DNA of 64,000 bases, from positions 1,248,001-1,312,000 of the forward strand of contig CAVYKI010000003.1 of assembly GCA_963769025.1 (NCBI GenBank), read 5' to 3'. Below, piece by piece: positions 54,667 through 64,000 of this stretch. Source of the stretch: an uncultured Verrucomicrobiae bacterium (GTDB lineage Bacteria > Verrucomicrobiota > Verrucomicrobiia > Chthoniobacterales > Chthoniobacteraceae). The position numbers and the translations under genes are program-made. A model generated the notes under the pieces. The model was not told where the DNA came from, ran no database searches, and saw only the letters and a list, made by a program, of their open reading frames with translations. How positions within the stretch are numbered: the stretch's first letter is position 1; every line of letters begins with the position of its first letter.

Positions 54667-54762
54667 TCAAAGTGAGCGCTCCTCCAAACTCGGCATGCCG
54701 GCGAACTTGCAGGACGCTGTTAGCGGACTGCCTCCGTTGCGCTGGCCAGCGCCGGCGACGGC

Positions 54763-55712
54763 ATGAAAATCCTCGTAACGGGCGGAGCCGGCTTCATTGG
54801 CTCGCACTTTGTCGAGAGGAGCCTCGCGCTCGGCCATGCGGTCGAGGTGATGGATGACTTCAATGACTTCTACGCCCCGGCGATCAAGCGGGCGAATGTC
54901 GCGGGCTTTGCGGCAGCAGGTGCCGGTCCACGAGCTGGACATCCGCGATGGCGATGCCGTGCTCCGCGTCGTCAAAGCGGGCGGGTTTGACTGCATCGCG
55001 CACCTCGCGGCGCGTGCCGGCGTGCGGCCATCCATCCGCGACCCGAAGCTGTATCTCGACACCAATATCACCGGCACCTTCAACCTTCTCGAGGCTGCGC
55101 GGCAGGGAAATGTGCCGCGCTTTGTCTCCGCGAGCAGCTCGAGCGTGTACGGAGTGCTGAAGACGCTGCCTTTCCGCGAGGATCTCGCGCTGAATCAAAC
55201 CATCTCGCCCTACGCCGCCACGAAGCTCGCCGCGGAGCAGCTCTGCTCGAATTACTCGCACCTCCACGGAATCCGCACGGTGAGCCTCCGCTTTTTCACC
55301 GTGTACGGCCCAGGCAGACGGCCCGGATCTCGCGATCCACTCGTTCACGCGGGCGATTCTCGAAGGAAGGCCGATCGCGCAGTTCGGCGACGGCTCGACG
55401 CGGCGCGACTACACCTACATCGACGACATCGTCGACGGAATGGTCGCGAGCCTGAGCTACGAAGGGCAGCAGTGCGACGTCTTCAACCTCGGCGAAAACC
55501 AGACGACGACGCTCAGCGAGCTCATTGCGCTGATCGAAAAGGCCGTCGGGAAGAAGGCGATCATCGAGCGAAAGCCCGAGCAGCCCGGCGATGTGCCGGT
55601 GACCTTTGCGGACATCACCAAAGCGCGCGCCGGGCTGGGCTACGACCCGCGGACGAAGATCGCGGAGGGCATTCCGAGATTTGTCGAGTGGTTCCTGCGC
55701 ACGCAGGTGTAG
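54763..55712 (+). CDS. NAD-dependent nucleotide-sugar epimerase (UDP-glucuronate 4-epimerase-like; two frameshifts)
   Basis: [43 protein letters not shown]. Confidence 0.9.
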
Positions 55713-55780
55713 GACGCGCGCTGCGTAAGGGCGGCACGGCGCTTCCATTTTCGCGGTGAACGTCTATTCACCTCGGAAGC

Positions 55781-56899
55781 ATGGCGACACCGCAGACAGC
55801 CGTTGAACTTCTTCAGGAGCTGATCCGCATCCCGAGCGTCAACCCCGAGGGCGACCCGGGGACGGAGCACACCGGTGAGCAGGCAATCGCCGAATGGCTC
55901 GCCGACTGGCTGCGGCAGGAATTTCCCGCAGCGCGGGTGGAACTGCGCGACGTGCTGCCGGGCCGACCGAACGTCGTCGCACGCTTCGCGGACAGTGCTG
56001 GAACGAAACCCCGGCTGCTCTTTGCGCCGCACACGGACACGGTGAGCGTCGGCGGCATGACCATCGAGCCCTTCGGCGGGGAAGTGCGCGACGGGCGCGT
56101 GTGGGGCCGCGGCGCGAGCGACACAAAGGGCACGATGGCCACGATGCTCTGGGCGCTGCGCTCGATGCGCGAACGGCTGCCGTCCCTCGGCCACGAAGTG
56201 TGGTTTGCGGGATTGTGCAGCGAAGAGGCCGGGCAATACGGGGCGCGCACGCTGGCGGAGCAGGAACGGTTCGACTTTATCGTCGCGGGCGAGCCGACCG
56301 GGCTCGACGCCGTCGTCGCGCACAAGGGCGCGCTCTGGCTCACGCTCAGGACCCGCGGCCGAGCGGTGCATGCTGCCGAGCCGGAGCGCGGTGAAAATGC
56401 GATCTACAAGATGGCGAACGTCCTGCGTTGTATCCGCGACGACCTGCCTGCGGTGCTCGGCACCGCCGAACACCCGCTGCTCGGCCGCACCACGGTCAGC
56501 GCCGGCACGGTGAACGGCGGGAGCAAAATCAACATCGTGCCCGATTCATGCACCGCCGAGGTGGACATCCGCTACCTGCCGGGCGACGAGACGATCCTGC
56601 AGAGGGTCAGCGCCAGACTTCGCGAGATTTGTCCGGATCTCGAAATCGAAAGCACCAGTTCGCGCCCGATGCTCACGGACGCATCGCACCCGGTGATTCA
56701 GCTTCTGCAAAAATGCGGCTCGGCGTGCATCGGCTCGCCGTGGTTCAGCGATGGAGGCGTTTTTGCCGCCGCGGGAATGGCCGCGATCGCGCTGGGCCCC
56801 GGATCGATCGCGCAGGCTCACACCCGCGACGAGTGGATTGCAGTCGAGGACCTGGAAAAAGGCGTCGCGTTCCTCAGCGACTTCATCTCGCGGCTCTAG
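55781..56899 (+). CDS. M20 family metallohydrolase (ArgE/DapE-like)
   Basis: HTDTV, GRGASDTKG, EE, GEPT, AHTRDE. Confidence 0.92.
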   Translation: MATPQTAVELLQELIRIPSVNPEGDPGTEHTGEQAIAEWLADWLRQEFPAARVELRDVLPGRPNVVARFADSAGTKPRLLFAPHTDTVSVGGMTIEPFGGEVRDGRVWGRGASDTKGTMATMLWALRSMRERLPSLGHEVWFAGLCSEEAGQYGARTLAEQERFDFIVAGEPTGLDAVVAHKGALWLTLRTRGRAVHAAEPERGENAIYKMANVLRCIRDDLPAVLGTAEHPLLGRTTVSAGTVNGGSKINIVPDSCTAEVDIRYLPGDETILQRVSARLREICPDLEIESTSSRPMLTDASHPVIQLLQKCGSACIGSPWFSDGGVFAAAGMAAIALGPGSIAQAHTRDEWIAVEDLEKGVAFLSDFISRL

Positions 56900-56914
56900 G
56901 TGCCGCAGCGTGGG

Positions 56915-57265
56915 CTACTTGGCCTTTTTCGCGGCCTTCGCTTTTGCGGCCGGCTTTTTCTTGTCGTCAGCGGGCTTGCGGATGTTCTCTGCCTTGGCCT
57001 GCGCGCCGACTTCGCTGAAGACCACATGGACGGTGTCGCCCACCTTGAAATCGGCCAGCTTTTTCGCCGCGCGCTGTCCGAAGACCGTGCCGGGATAGAT
57101 CGCGAAAATGCGCGTTCCCTTCGGCCCCTGCACCGTGACGCTGGTATCGCTGATTGCGGTCACCGAGCCTTCAAAGTCGGTGTTCTTCTTCATCGGCGCA
57201 GCGGGCGACGAAGCGGTGCATGCGAGGAAAAGGACGGCGGCGAGGAACTGGAGAGGACGGGTCAT
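56915..57265 (-). CDS. Small secreted basic protein, OB-fold-like
   Basis: Signal peptide; EGSVTAI...LADFKVGDTVHV; Lys/Ala tail. Confidence 0.7.
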   Translation of the reverse strand: MTRPLQFLAAVLFLACTASSPAAPMKKNTDFEGSVTAISDTSVTVQGPKGTRIFAIYPGTVFGQRAAKKLADFKVGDTVHVVFSEVGAQAKAENIRKPADDKKKPAAKAKAAKKAK

Positions 57266-57316
57266 GCGGCGGATTCGTGTCAGGACTGCACGCGCGCGGC
57301 AAGCCAAACGCCGGAC

Positions 57317-58372
57317 CTACAGCTTCCGGTCCGCCTGCGCGCTCCGGAGGTGAATGGTCTTGCGGTCCAGATCATGGACGGCCCGGATGTACCGCACAGT
57401 CTTGCTGCGCGAGCGCATGAGGATGCTGTGTGTGATCGCCTTTCTGCCGACGAGCTTCACACCCGGAAGCAGCGTGCTGTCGCTGATCCCGGTCGCGCAG
57501 AACAAACAGCTGTCGCCCCAGACCAATTCCTTGCAGTGGTAAACGCGGCTCGTATCGGCCTCGCCGACGGCAGCGATCACCTCGGCGCGTTCAGCCTCGT
57601 CACGCGGGTGCATGCGGAGCAGCATTTCGCCACCAAGGGCGTTCAGCGCCGCGGCGGTGAGGATGCCTTCGGGCGATCCACCGATGCCGTAGTAGAGATC
57701 CACGTCACTGTCTGCGAGCGACGGGGAAACGGCCGCGGTGATGTCACCATCCGAGATCAGCCGGAGCGCCGCGCCGGCCTTGCGCACGGAGGTGATGAAG
57801 TCGTTGTGCCGATCGCGCTTGAGGGTCATGACGACCAGTTCGCTCACACGTTTCCCGAGCGCCTCGGCCACGCGGCCCAGCGTGAGCGCGATCGGGTCAT
57901 CGAGCAAAATCTGCGGCATCCCGCGCTCGATCGCGCGCACCACGGCCGGGCCGTAGGCGAGCTTTTCCGAGTAGAAGGCGGGCAGATTCCGCATGACGTG
58001 CGGGCTCTCCGCTGTCGCGTGGCTCGCGGCCATCACGGAGATGCTGTTTGGCAGGCCGTAGGCGATGTTCGTCGTGCCGTCGATCGGGTCGAGTGCGATC
58101 TCGAAGCGCGGTGAGCCGGGCCGCCATGTGCCGAGGTGGTCGCCGAGAAAGATGCCGGGCGCATTGTCCTTCTGCCCTTCGCCGATCACGACTTCGCCGC
58201 AGATGTCCACGAGGTCGAATACGCCGTAGATCGCATCGCACGCCGCGCCATCCGCCTTTTCCTTTTCGCCCCGCCCCAGCCACGAAACGGAATTCAGCGC
58301 GGCATTTTCCGTTGCGCGCACAAACTCGAATTCAATCGTCCGCTCCGGGTCCGTGGCAGTCAGGGAATTCAT
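57317..58372 (-). CDS. glpX: Class II fructose-1,6-bisphosphatase
   Basis: RATENAA, VIGEG, DPIDGT, DGD, GGSPEG, ATGI. Confidence 0.95.
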   Translation of the reverse strand: MNSLTATDPERTIEFEFVRATENAALNSVSWLGRGEKEKADGAACDAIYGVFDLVDICGEVVIGEGQKDNAPGIFLGDHLGTWRPGSPRFEIALDPIDGTTNIAYGLPNSISVMAASHATAESPHVMRNLPAFYSEKLAYGPAVVRAIERGMPQILLDDPIALTLGRVAEALGKRVSELVVMTLKRDRHNDFITSVRKAGAALRLISDGDITAAVSPSLADSDVDLYYGIGGSPEGILTAAALNALGGEMLLRMHPRDEAERAEVIAAVGEADTSRVYHCKELVWGDSCLFCATGISDSTLLPGVKLVGRKAITHSILMRSRSKTVRYIRAVHDLDRKTIHLRSAQADRKL

Positions 58373-58437
58373 CCGGGTGCCATCCCATCGCAGAACCCGA
58401 CGGCGGTCAATCCCGCGGGCAACTCCCGGAAACGGAA

Positions 58438-58469
58438 CCGCCCCACCAGCCTTGCGACCGGTGGGGCGG
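58438..58469 (-). terminator. Hairpin downstream of the sigma factor gene
   Basis: CCGCCCCACC...GGTGGGGCGG stem followed on the minus strand by TTCCGTTTCC. Confidence 0.6.
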
Positions 58470-58492
58470 AGAGTGTTTCGCTCTGAGTAGCC

Positions 58493-59386
58493 TCAGTTGT
58501 TCGCCGCGATTGCCGCGATGTCTTCCGCGTCGAGGCTCGACGAGAGCAGGTGCTCGATCGGGTGCTCACGCTTCCGGAGCGCGCGGCGCAGCTTCGCAAG
58601 GGCGATGTTCTGCAGCTGGCGGATGCGCTCGCGCGTCACGCCAAATTTCTGGCCGACTTCCTCGAGCGTGCGGGCCTTGCCGCCGTCGAGTCCAAAGCGC
58701 GAGTTGATGATCTTGCGCTCCCGGGCGTCGAGGACGCCGAGCAAGTCGGTCACCTCCTCCTGGAGGTTCTTGTCCGCGAGATTTTCCGCCGGGTCCACGG
58801 CCGTGTCATCGCCGACGAGTTCGCCGAATTCCGTCCCGTCGTCGTCATTGATGGGCGCATCGAGCGAAGCCGGGCGGATGCTCACCGTGCGGAGTTGCGA
58901 GAGCTTTGCGGCGGAAATGCCGACTTCCTCGGCGAGTTCGTCATCGGTGGGTTCGCGACCGAGCTCTTCGCTCATCGCCATCGCGAGGCGCTTCACCTTC
59001 GCGATCTTGTCCACAAGGTGGACGGGCAGGCGGATGGTCTTGGACTGGTTCGCCAAGGCGCGCTTGATGGACTGCTTGATCCACCAGGCGGCGTACGTGG
59101 AGAGCTTGCCACCCTTGGCGGGGTCGAAACGCTCGACGGCCTTCATGAGGCCGATGTTGCCCTCGGAAACGAGGTCCAGCAGCGGGAGGCCGAGATTGCC
59201 GTAGTCATGGGCGATCTTTACGACCAGCCGCAGATTCGCCTTGATCATCTTGGCACGGGCCTTCATGTCGCCGCGCTTGATCTTGGCGGCAAGTTCGATC
59301 TCCTCCTGCGGGGTCAGGAGCGGCGTCTGGCCGATCTCCCGGAGGTAGATTTTGAATCCTGAATCTGAATCGTCGTATTTGGACAT
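58493..59386 (-). CDS. RpoD/SigA-family sigma factor lacking region 1.1
   Basis: [56 protein letters not shown]. Confidence 0.95.
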   Translation of the reverse strand: MSKYDDSDSGFKIYLREIGQTPLLTPQEEIELAAKIKRGDMKARAKMIKANLRLVVKIAHDYGNLGLPLLDLVSEGNIGLMKAVERFDPAKGGKLSTYAAWWIKQSIKRALANQSKTIRLPVHLVDKIAKVKRLAMAMSEELGREPTDDELAEEVGISAAKLSQLRTVSIRPASLDAPINDDDGTEFGELVGDDTAVDPAENLADKNLQEEVTDLLGVLDARERKIINSRFGLDGGKARTLEEVGQKFGVTRERIRQLQNIALAKLRRALRKREHPIEHLLSSSLDAEDIAAIAANN

Positions 59387-59758
59387 GATGTTGGCCTCTC
59401 TGTTATTGCAATTATAAGCACCTATCGTGCGGTTTGAAAATCGGCGCTCTGGATAAGGGTGGGTTCAAATGCTATTCGTGTAACTGCATTGTATGGACGC
59501 ATTCTACGGAAAATTGTTCAAATGATTCAAGGATTTATTTATCAGACGTGGTGAGTAGTTAACCCAATGAACAAACCTTGCTTTGAATCCATCTGACGTA
59601 AAACGCATCCACATCATTCAAAATTGATTGCGGGTCGTGCGGCTCCTCATCTCTGGAAAGGGGCACCTTTGGACGCGAAAACCTCCGTGTACCCGTCTCA
59701 TCCCGGACAGTCTGGCCGGGTTCCCGTCATCGACCCCGACGCGTCTGACCTTTGAGGT

Positions 59759-60001
59759 TCACGGTTCGATTTCGCGATGCAGGCCGATTTCAAAGACCAT
59801 CACAGAAGGATTCGTGTCGCTGGCCTTTGGCTCCAGATCGAGCGCCCGGTAGGCCGCTTCCAACCTGCGGGCGTCGCCGCGCAACTCCGGAAAGACGGCG
59901 GCAAGGCGCTGCTTCGTCCAATGCCGGGCGAGGCCCCGCTCGACGGGATGAATCTTCGGTGCGAGGCCCAAGGCGCGCTGAAAGAAGGAATACAGTTGCA
60001 T
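59759..60001 (-). CDS. Small hypothetical protein
   Basis: 80-aa ORF codirectional with both neighbours, protein-like composition. Confidence 0.55.
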   Translation of the reverse strand: MQLYSFFQRALGLAPKIHPVERGLARHWTKQRLAAVFPELRGDARRLEAAYRALDLEPKASDTNPSVMVFEIGLHREIEP

Positions 60002-60043
60002 GGCAGTTCCGGGTTCAACCGCCGCTGCCCCGGTTTTGTTTGG

Positions 60044-60832
60044 CTAAATCGAGTCCGTCGCCAGCCACGCCCGCAGCCTGGCCGCGAGCGCGATGGCGTT
60101 TGCGCTGGCGAGAATGACCATCGGTTTCAGGGACCGCGATGTGACGCCGGACACGACCTTCTTTTCCCGCATCGCAAAGGCCATCAGCCACGGTCCGACG
60201 AACCACGCCGCCCAATTCATCCAAGGGACGCCGGACGGATTCTTCGCTTCGCCGGAATGCCAGACCCACCAGCCCCGGACGAATCGCCCCGGCCACTCGA
60301 GATTGACCACCGTGAGCAGGACCAGGACTGCGGTGATCATCGCAACCGCGGCATGGCTCGCGCGGGGCCGGATCCGCAGCACCACCTCGCGGGCGCTCAT
60401 CACGAGCACCGCCCAGAGGAGGAGCCAGCCGGCTCCCACACCGAAGAATTTGGGCCCGAGAGCCTCCCCGAAGTAGAGTCGTCCAAACGGCAGGCCGGTT
60501 TTCGCATTCAACAAACTCAGGACCAGCGCACCCCCGGCGGAAAAGGCCAGCCATGCGCGTGCCGTCCGCAGCCCGTGGGCGCGAGTCAGCACGAGGTGGA
60601 GGCTCATCGCTGCGAGGGAAAGCCAGATGAGATCGGCATTGTTCGCCAGCAGCAGCACCGCATCGCGAAGGTCCGCATTCGGGGGAAGAGGCCCGCCTTC
60701 GACAAAACCGAGCGCATACGCCCCGAGCGGTGCGACCCAGACCACCGCGAGCCAGAGGGTCGCGATGAGAAAGACGCCCCACAACACCGCGACGAGGGGT
60801 TCGAGCGAGCGGGAGAGGAGGGAACGCGGCAT
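60044..60832 (-). CDS. Carotenoid biosynthesis membrane protein (CruF/DUF422-like)
   Basis: TGLPFGRLYF..LGPK, WWVW, GVPWMNWAAWF; multiple TM. Confidence 0.75.
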   Translation of the reverse strand: MPRSLLSRSLEPLVAVLWGVFLIATLWLAVVWVAPLGAYALGFVEGGPLPPNADLRDAVLLLANNADLIWLSLAAMSLHLVLTRAHGLRTARAWLAFSAGGALVLSLLNAKTGLPFGRLYFGEALGPKFFGVGAGWLLLWAVLVMSAREVVLRIRPRASHAAVAMITAVLVLLTVVNLEWPGRFVRGWWVWHSGEAKNPSGVPWMNWAAWFVGPWLMAFAMREKKVVSGVTSRSLKPMVILASANAIALAARLRAWLATDSI

Positions 60833-60912
60833 CCCGCGGACTCTGCCCGCAAGGGAGCCGCTGCGCAAAATGTTAGTTGCGCCTTCCAGCCCAGAGGTTA
60901 AATGGTGGGATA

Positions 60913-62124
60913 ATGACTTTTCAAGAGTTCGGCCTCTCTGAGGCGGTTGTGCGCGGCGTTGAATCAAAGGGCTACAAAAACGCCACACCGATCCAAGAGC
61001 AGGCGATCCCCCTCGTCCTTCAGGGAAAAGACGTCATGGGCTCCGCCCAGACAGGCACCGGCAAAACCGCGGCCTTCGCCCTTCCCATCCTCACGATGCT
61101 CGGCGGCCACGGCGCACTTCGCGCACTCATCTTGGAGCCGACCCGCGAGCTTGCGCAGCAGGTCCACCAGTCCTTCATCGCATACGGCAGCGACACGGGC
61201 ATTCGCACCGTCATCATCCACGGCGGCGTCGGATACGGCAGCCAACGCGAGGCGCTCGCAAATGGCGCGGACGTCATCGTCGCGACTCCGGGCCGGCTTC
61301 TGGATTTCATGGAAGACGGCACCATCAAGCTCGGCGACATCCGCCACCTCGTGCTCGATGAAGTGGACCGCATGCTCGACATGGGCTTCCTCCCCGACGT
61401 CTCGCGCATCATCAAGCAGACGCCGAAGGAGCGGCAGACGCTTTTCTTCTCCGCCACGCTTCCGCCAGAGCTCGAGACGCTCACGAAGTGGATCCTCCGC
61501 GATCCCATCGCCATCGAGATCGGCCGCCGGCAAAGCGCCGCCGACACCATCGCCCACGCACTTTACCCCGTCGCGAAGGACCAGAAAATGGAGCTCCTCC
61601 TCGCCATGCTCGAGGCCACGAATTTTCAGAGCGTCCTCATCTTCACGCAGACGAAGGTCGCCGCCGACATGGTCACCAGGCAGCTCGCAAAAATGAACCA
61701 CAGCGTCGCCGCGATGCACAGCGACCGCAGCCAGGGCGAGCGCACAGAGGCCCTCGCGGGATTCAAGAGCGGCAAATACGAGGTGCTTGTCGCCACCGAC
61801 ATCGCCGCGCGCGGACTCGACATCGCCGGCATCAGCCACGTCATCAATTACGACGTGCCGCTGCACCCCGAGGACTACGTCCACCGCATCGGACGCACCG
61901 GCCGCGCCACGAATACCGGCGACGCGTTCACCATTTTCACCGCGGGGGAAATCGACGCCGTCCGGAAAATCGAGCGCTACATCGGCACGAAGGTGGAGCG
62001 CAAAAAACTCGAAGGCTTCAAATACGTGTACACCGCGCTCTTCGACGAAGCCTCCCTCAAACCCGGTGGCCCCGGCAAAGGCGTCCGCACGCTCACCGGC
62101 TACAGCTTCGGCTGGCGGAAGTAG
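60913..62124 (+). CDS. DEAD-box RNA helicase (second paralogue, DEVD)
   Basis: AQTGTGKT, PTREL, DEVD, SAT, HRIGRTGR. Confidence 0.95.
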   Translation: MTFQEFGLSEAVVRGVESKGYKNATPIQEQAIPLVLQGKDVMGSAQTGTGKTAAFALPILTMLGGHGALRALILEPTRELAQQVHQSFIAYGSDTGIRTVIIHGGVGYGSQREALANGADVIVATPGRLLDFMEDGTIKLGDIRHLVLDEVDRMLDMGFLPDVSRIIKQTPKERQTLFFSATLPPELETLTKWILRDPIAIEIGRRQSAADTIAHALYPVAKDQKMELLLAMLEATNFQSVLIFTQTKVAADMVTRQLAKMNHSVAAMHSDRSQGERTEALAGFKSGKYEVLVATDIAARGLDIAGISHVINYDVPLHPEDYVHRIGRTGRATNTGDAFTIFTAGEIDAVRKIERYIGTKVERKKLEGFKYVYTALFDEASLKPGGPGKGVRTLTGYSFGWRK

Positions 62125-62160
62125 GCGCTCCCTCCATCCGGTCCATGCGCGCTCGCCGAA

Positions 62161-63546
62161 TCATGCATCGGTGAAAGGCCCGGCGCCTTGCGCAGAAAGC
62201 TTCTCGCGCACCGTCACGCCATCGAGCGTGGCGACCTCCGTCTTCGCCTTCAGCGCCATCGCCGACGCAACACCCGCAGCCTCTCCCATCGCCATCGCCG
62301 TCACCGTCACCCGCGTGGAGGCATGCGCGCCGCGCGTGGCGGAATGGCAGCGGCCCGCGACGAGGAGGTTCCCGATTTCCTGCGGCACGAGCGAGCGGAA
62401 CGGAATGTCGTAAGGCTCCGGCTGCACCTTCTTCGGATCGAAGTCATTCGCGCTGCCGACAACGGTCTTGTTCGGATGCAGATCGAGATACCAGCAGCCT
62501 GTCGCAATGGCGTCGTCGAAGCGGCGGCCTTTCATCAAGTCGTCCTCGCCCAGCACATGCTGCCCGATGATCCGGCGCGACTCGCGCACGCCGATCCACG
62601 GATACGCCTCGAGGAAATACGAATCCGCAAACGCCGGCACATCCCTCTTCCACGCGCGGAACATCGCGTGCGCATCCGCGCGGCCCTGCATCTCCGCGCG
62701 CGTCAGGTCGGAAGCGTTCGTCGGATCCGCCGGCACGCGCACGCCATGCACATAGATCTCGTTTTTCCCGTACAGGAACATCACGCCCGGCCCGTAGTAG
62801 AACGGCAGCTCGCCGCGCTTCTGCGCCTCCGCGAGCGACGCACGGCACAGCGGACTGATGCCCGCTTCATTCCGCACGTTGCCGATGCGGAAGTGCAGCG
62901 TGAGCGGCTGCACCTCGGCATTCTGCTCAAACGGCGCGCCCGCCCACGCGGCGACATCCGCATCGCCGGTGCAATCAATCACCGTCTTTGGCCGCACCGT
63001 CACGAGCCCGTCCTTGTTCGCCACCGTCACCGACTTGATGCGCCCGCCGTCGCTCTGCACGTCGCATACGAACGAATTGAACAGCACGGTGAGGTCGCGC
63101 TTGTGCTCCTGAAAAAGCCGATCGAGCAGCAGCTTGAACTCAAAAGTGTTCGCAATCGTCGGATTGTGCTTCGCCACCGACTTCGCGTCCGGCGCGCACA
63201 CGCCGGACTTCGACAGCAGTTCCAGCGCGATGCCGCGCACCACGACGCGCTTCGTCGTGATGTGGGCGATGCCGTCGAAATACGGCAGCCCCACGCTCGT
63301 GATGATGCCGCCCGCAAACGGCGCCTTCTCCACCAGCAGCACCTTCGCCCCCGCCCGCGCCGCCGCGAGCGCCGCCGCAGTCCCCGCGCAGCCCGCGCCG
63401 CACACCAGCACATCGGTCTCGATGGTGCGTGAAGACTTTGCCTTCAACTGCTCCGCACCACGCGCGGGTTGAATCGCGCTCGCAGCCGCGGCGGCGGCGG
63501 AGGCTTGGATGAAATGGCGGCGCGTTTGTGGTGCGGTGGATTTCAT
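62161..63546 (-). CDS. Tat-exported FAD-dependent oxidoreductase
   Basis: TRRHFI twin-arginine signal; GAGCAG, IDCTGDAD, GVRESRR, AGRCHS. Confidence 0.9.
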   Translation of the reverse strand: MKSTAPQTRRHFIQASAAAAAASAIQPARGAEQLKAKSSRTIETDVLVCGAGCAGTAAALAAARAGAKVLLVEKAPFAGGIITSVGLPYFDGIAHITTKRVVVRGIALELLSKSGVCAPDAKSVAKHNPTIANTFEFKLLLDRLFQEHKRDLTVLFNSFVCDVQSDGGRIKSVTVANKDGLVTVRPKTVIDCTGDADVAAWAGAPFEQNAEVQPLTLHFRIGNVRNEAGISPLCRASLAEAQKRGELPFYYGPGVMFLYGKNEIYVHGVRVPADPTNASDLTRAEMQGRADAHAMFRAWKRDVPAFADSYFLEAYPWIGVRESRRIIGQHVLGEDDLMKGRRFDDAIATGCWYLDLHPNKTVVGSANDFDPKKVQPEPYDIPFRSLVPQEIGNLLVAGRCHSATRGAHASTRVTVTAMAMGEAAGVASAMALKAKTEVATLDGVTVREKLSAQGAGPFTDA

Positions 63547-63574
63547 GGCGACGTGATTTGGAAAAAATTGCAGA

Positions 63575-64000
63575 TCACTTCAGGTGATTGCGGAGAAACT
63601 TCTCCACAACCGAGAGGCGTTCCGCGTCAAAGAACTCCTTCCCGCCATGGACGCTGCCGGGCATGGCCACAAATTCCACCGGCCGTCCGGCCTTCCGGTA
63701 AGCGACCTCCAGTTCGCGCGACTGTTCGATGGGCATCTGCGGATCGGCATCTCCGTGGATGAGCAGCAACGGCGGGACTTTCGCACCCACATGCGCGACG
63801 GGGCTCGCGAGTCTCGCGAGCGCGGCCTTTTCGTCGGGTTGTCCGCCGAGGAGGAGTTGCAGGGCCGGCACGCGAACGATCAGGCCGTGCGGCGTGGATT
63901 GGCTCAGGATCGTCTGCAGGTTTGATGCACCGAAGAGGCTCACGATCGCCTGCACGTCGGAACTTTGATCGAGGTGCGCGCCGAGTCCGCCTTCGAGTTC
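63575..64000 (-). CDS. Alpha/beta hydrolase (5' end outside window)
   Basis: LASPVAHV..PPLLLIHGDAD..HGG. Confidence 0.85.
   Translation of the reverse strand, partial: ELEGGLGAHLDQSSDVQAIVSLFGASNLQTILSQSTPHGLIVRVPALQLLLGGQPDEKAALARLASPVAHVGAKVPPLLLIHGDADPQMPIEQSRELEVAYRKAGRPVEFVAMPGSVHGGKEFFDAERLSVVEKFLRNHLK

Noticed and set aside
59630..59760. Structured ncRNA such as 6S RNA
   Set aside because: Only short stems were found by eye; not supportable without a covariance search

Overview
High-GC chromosomal window, mostly housekeeping. The gene set (futalosine-type mqnC/mqnD, plant-like LeuC, RpoD-like sigma factor without region 1.1, DUF5069, VIT-vWA, MoxR) suggests a Verrucomicrobiota, probably Chthoniobacter-like, bacterium; this taxonomy is inference. 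About 60 CDS are supported, including ispH, pdhC, dnaA, argA, rimO, leuC, secG, two DEAD-box helicases, malQ, mqnC, ispE, fba, moxR, an ABC-F protein, mqnD, crcB, ltaE, yebC, a lolC/E-like permease and glpX. About 17 genes, several normally essential, carry frameshifts, mostly single extra bases, which points to long-read consensus error. Two stretches (about 48.95-50.1 kb and 53.5-54.3 kb) look heavily garbled. I found no rRNA, tRNA, CRISPR array, transposase, integrase or phage gene, and no clear novel multi-gene system. Best leads: a DnaA-box cluster at a dnaA lacking dnaN, a divergent Phd/RelE-like toxin-antitoxin pair behind a leaderless promoter, several families of miniature palindromic repeats (one supplying three stop codons), a 21-bp C-rich tandem array, and a secreted VIT-vWA/rhodanese operon. 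Family assignments come from motif recognition only; no database search was run.
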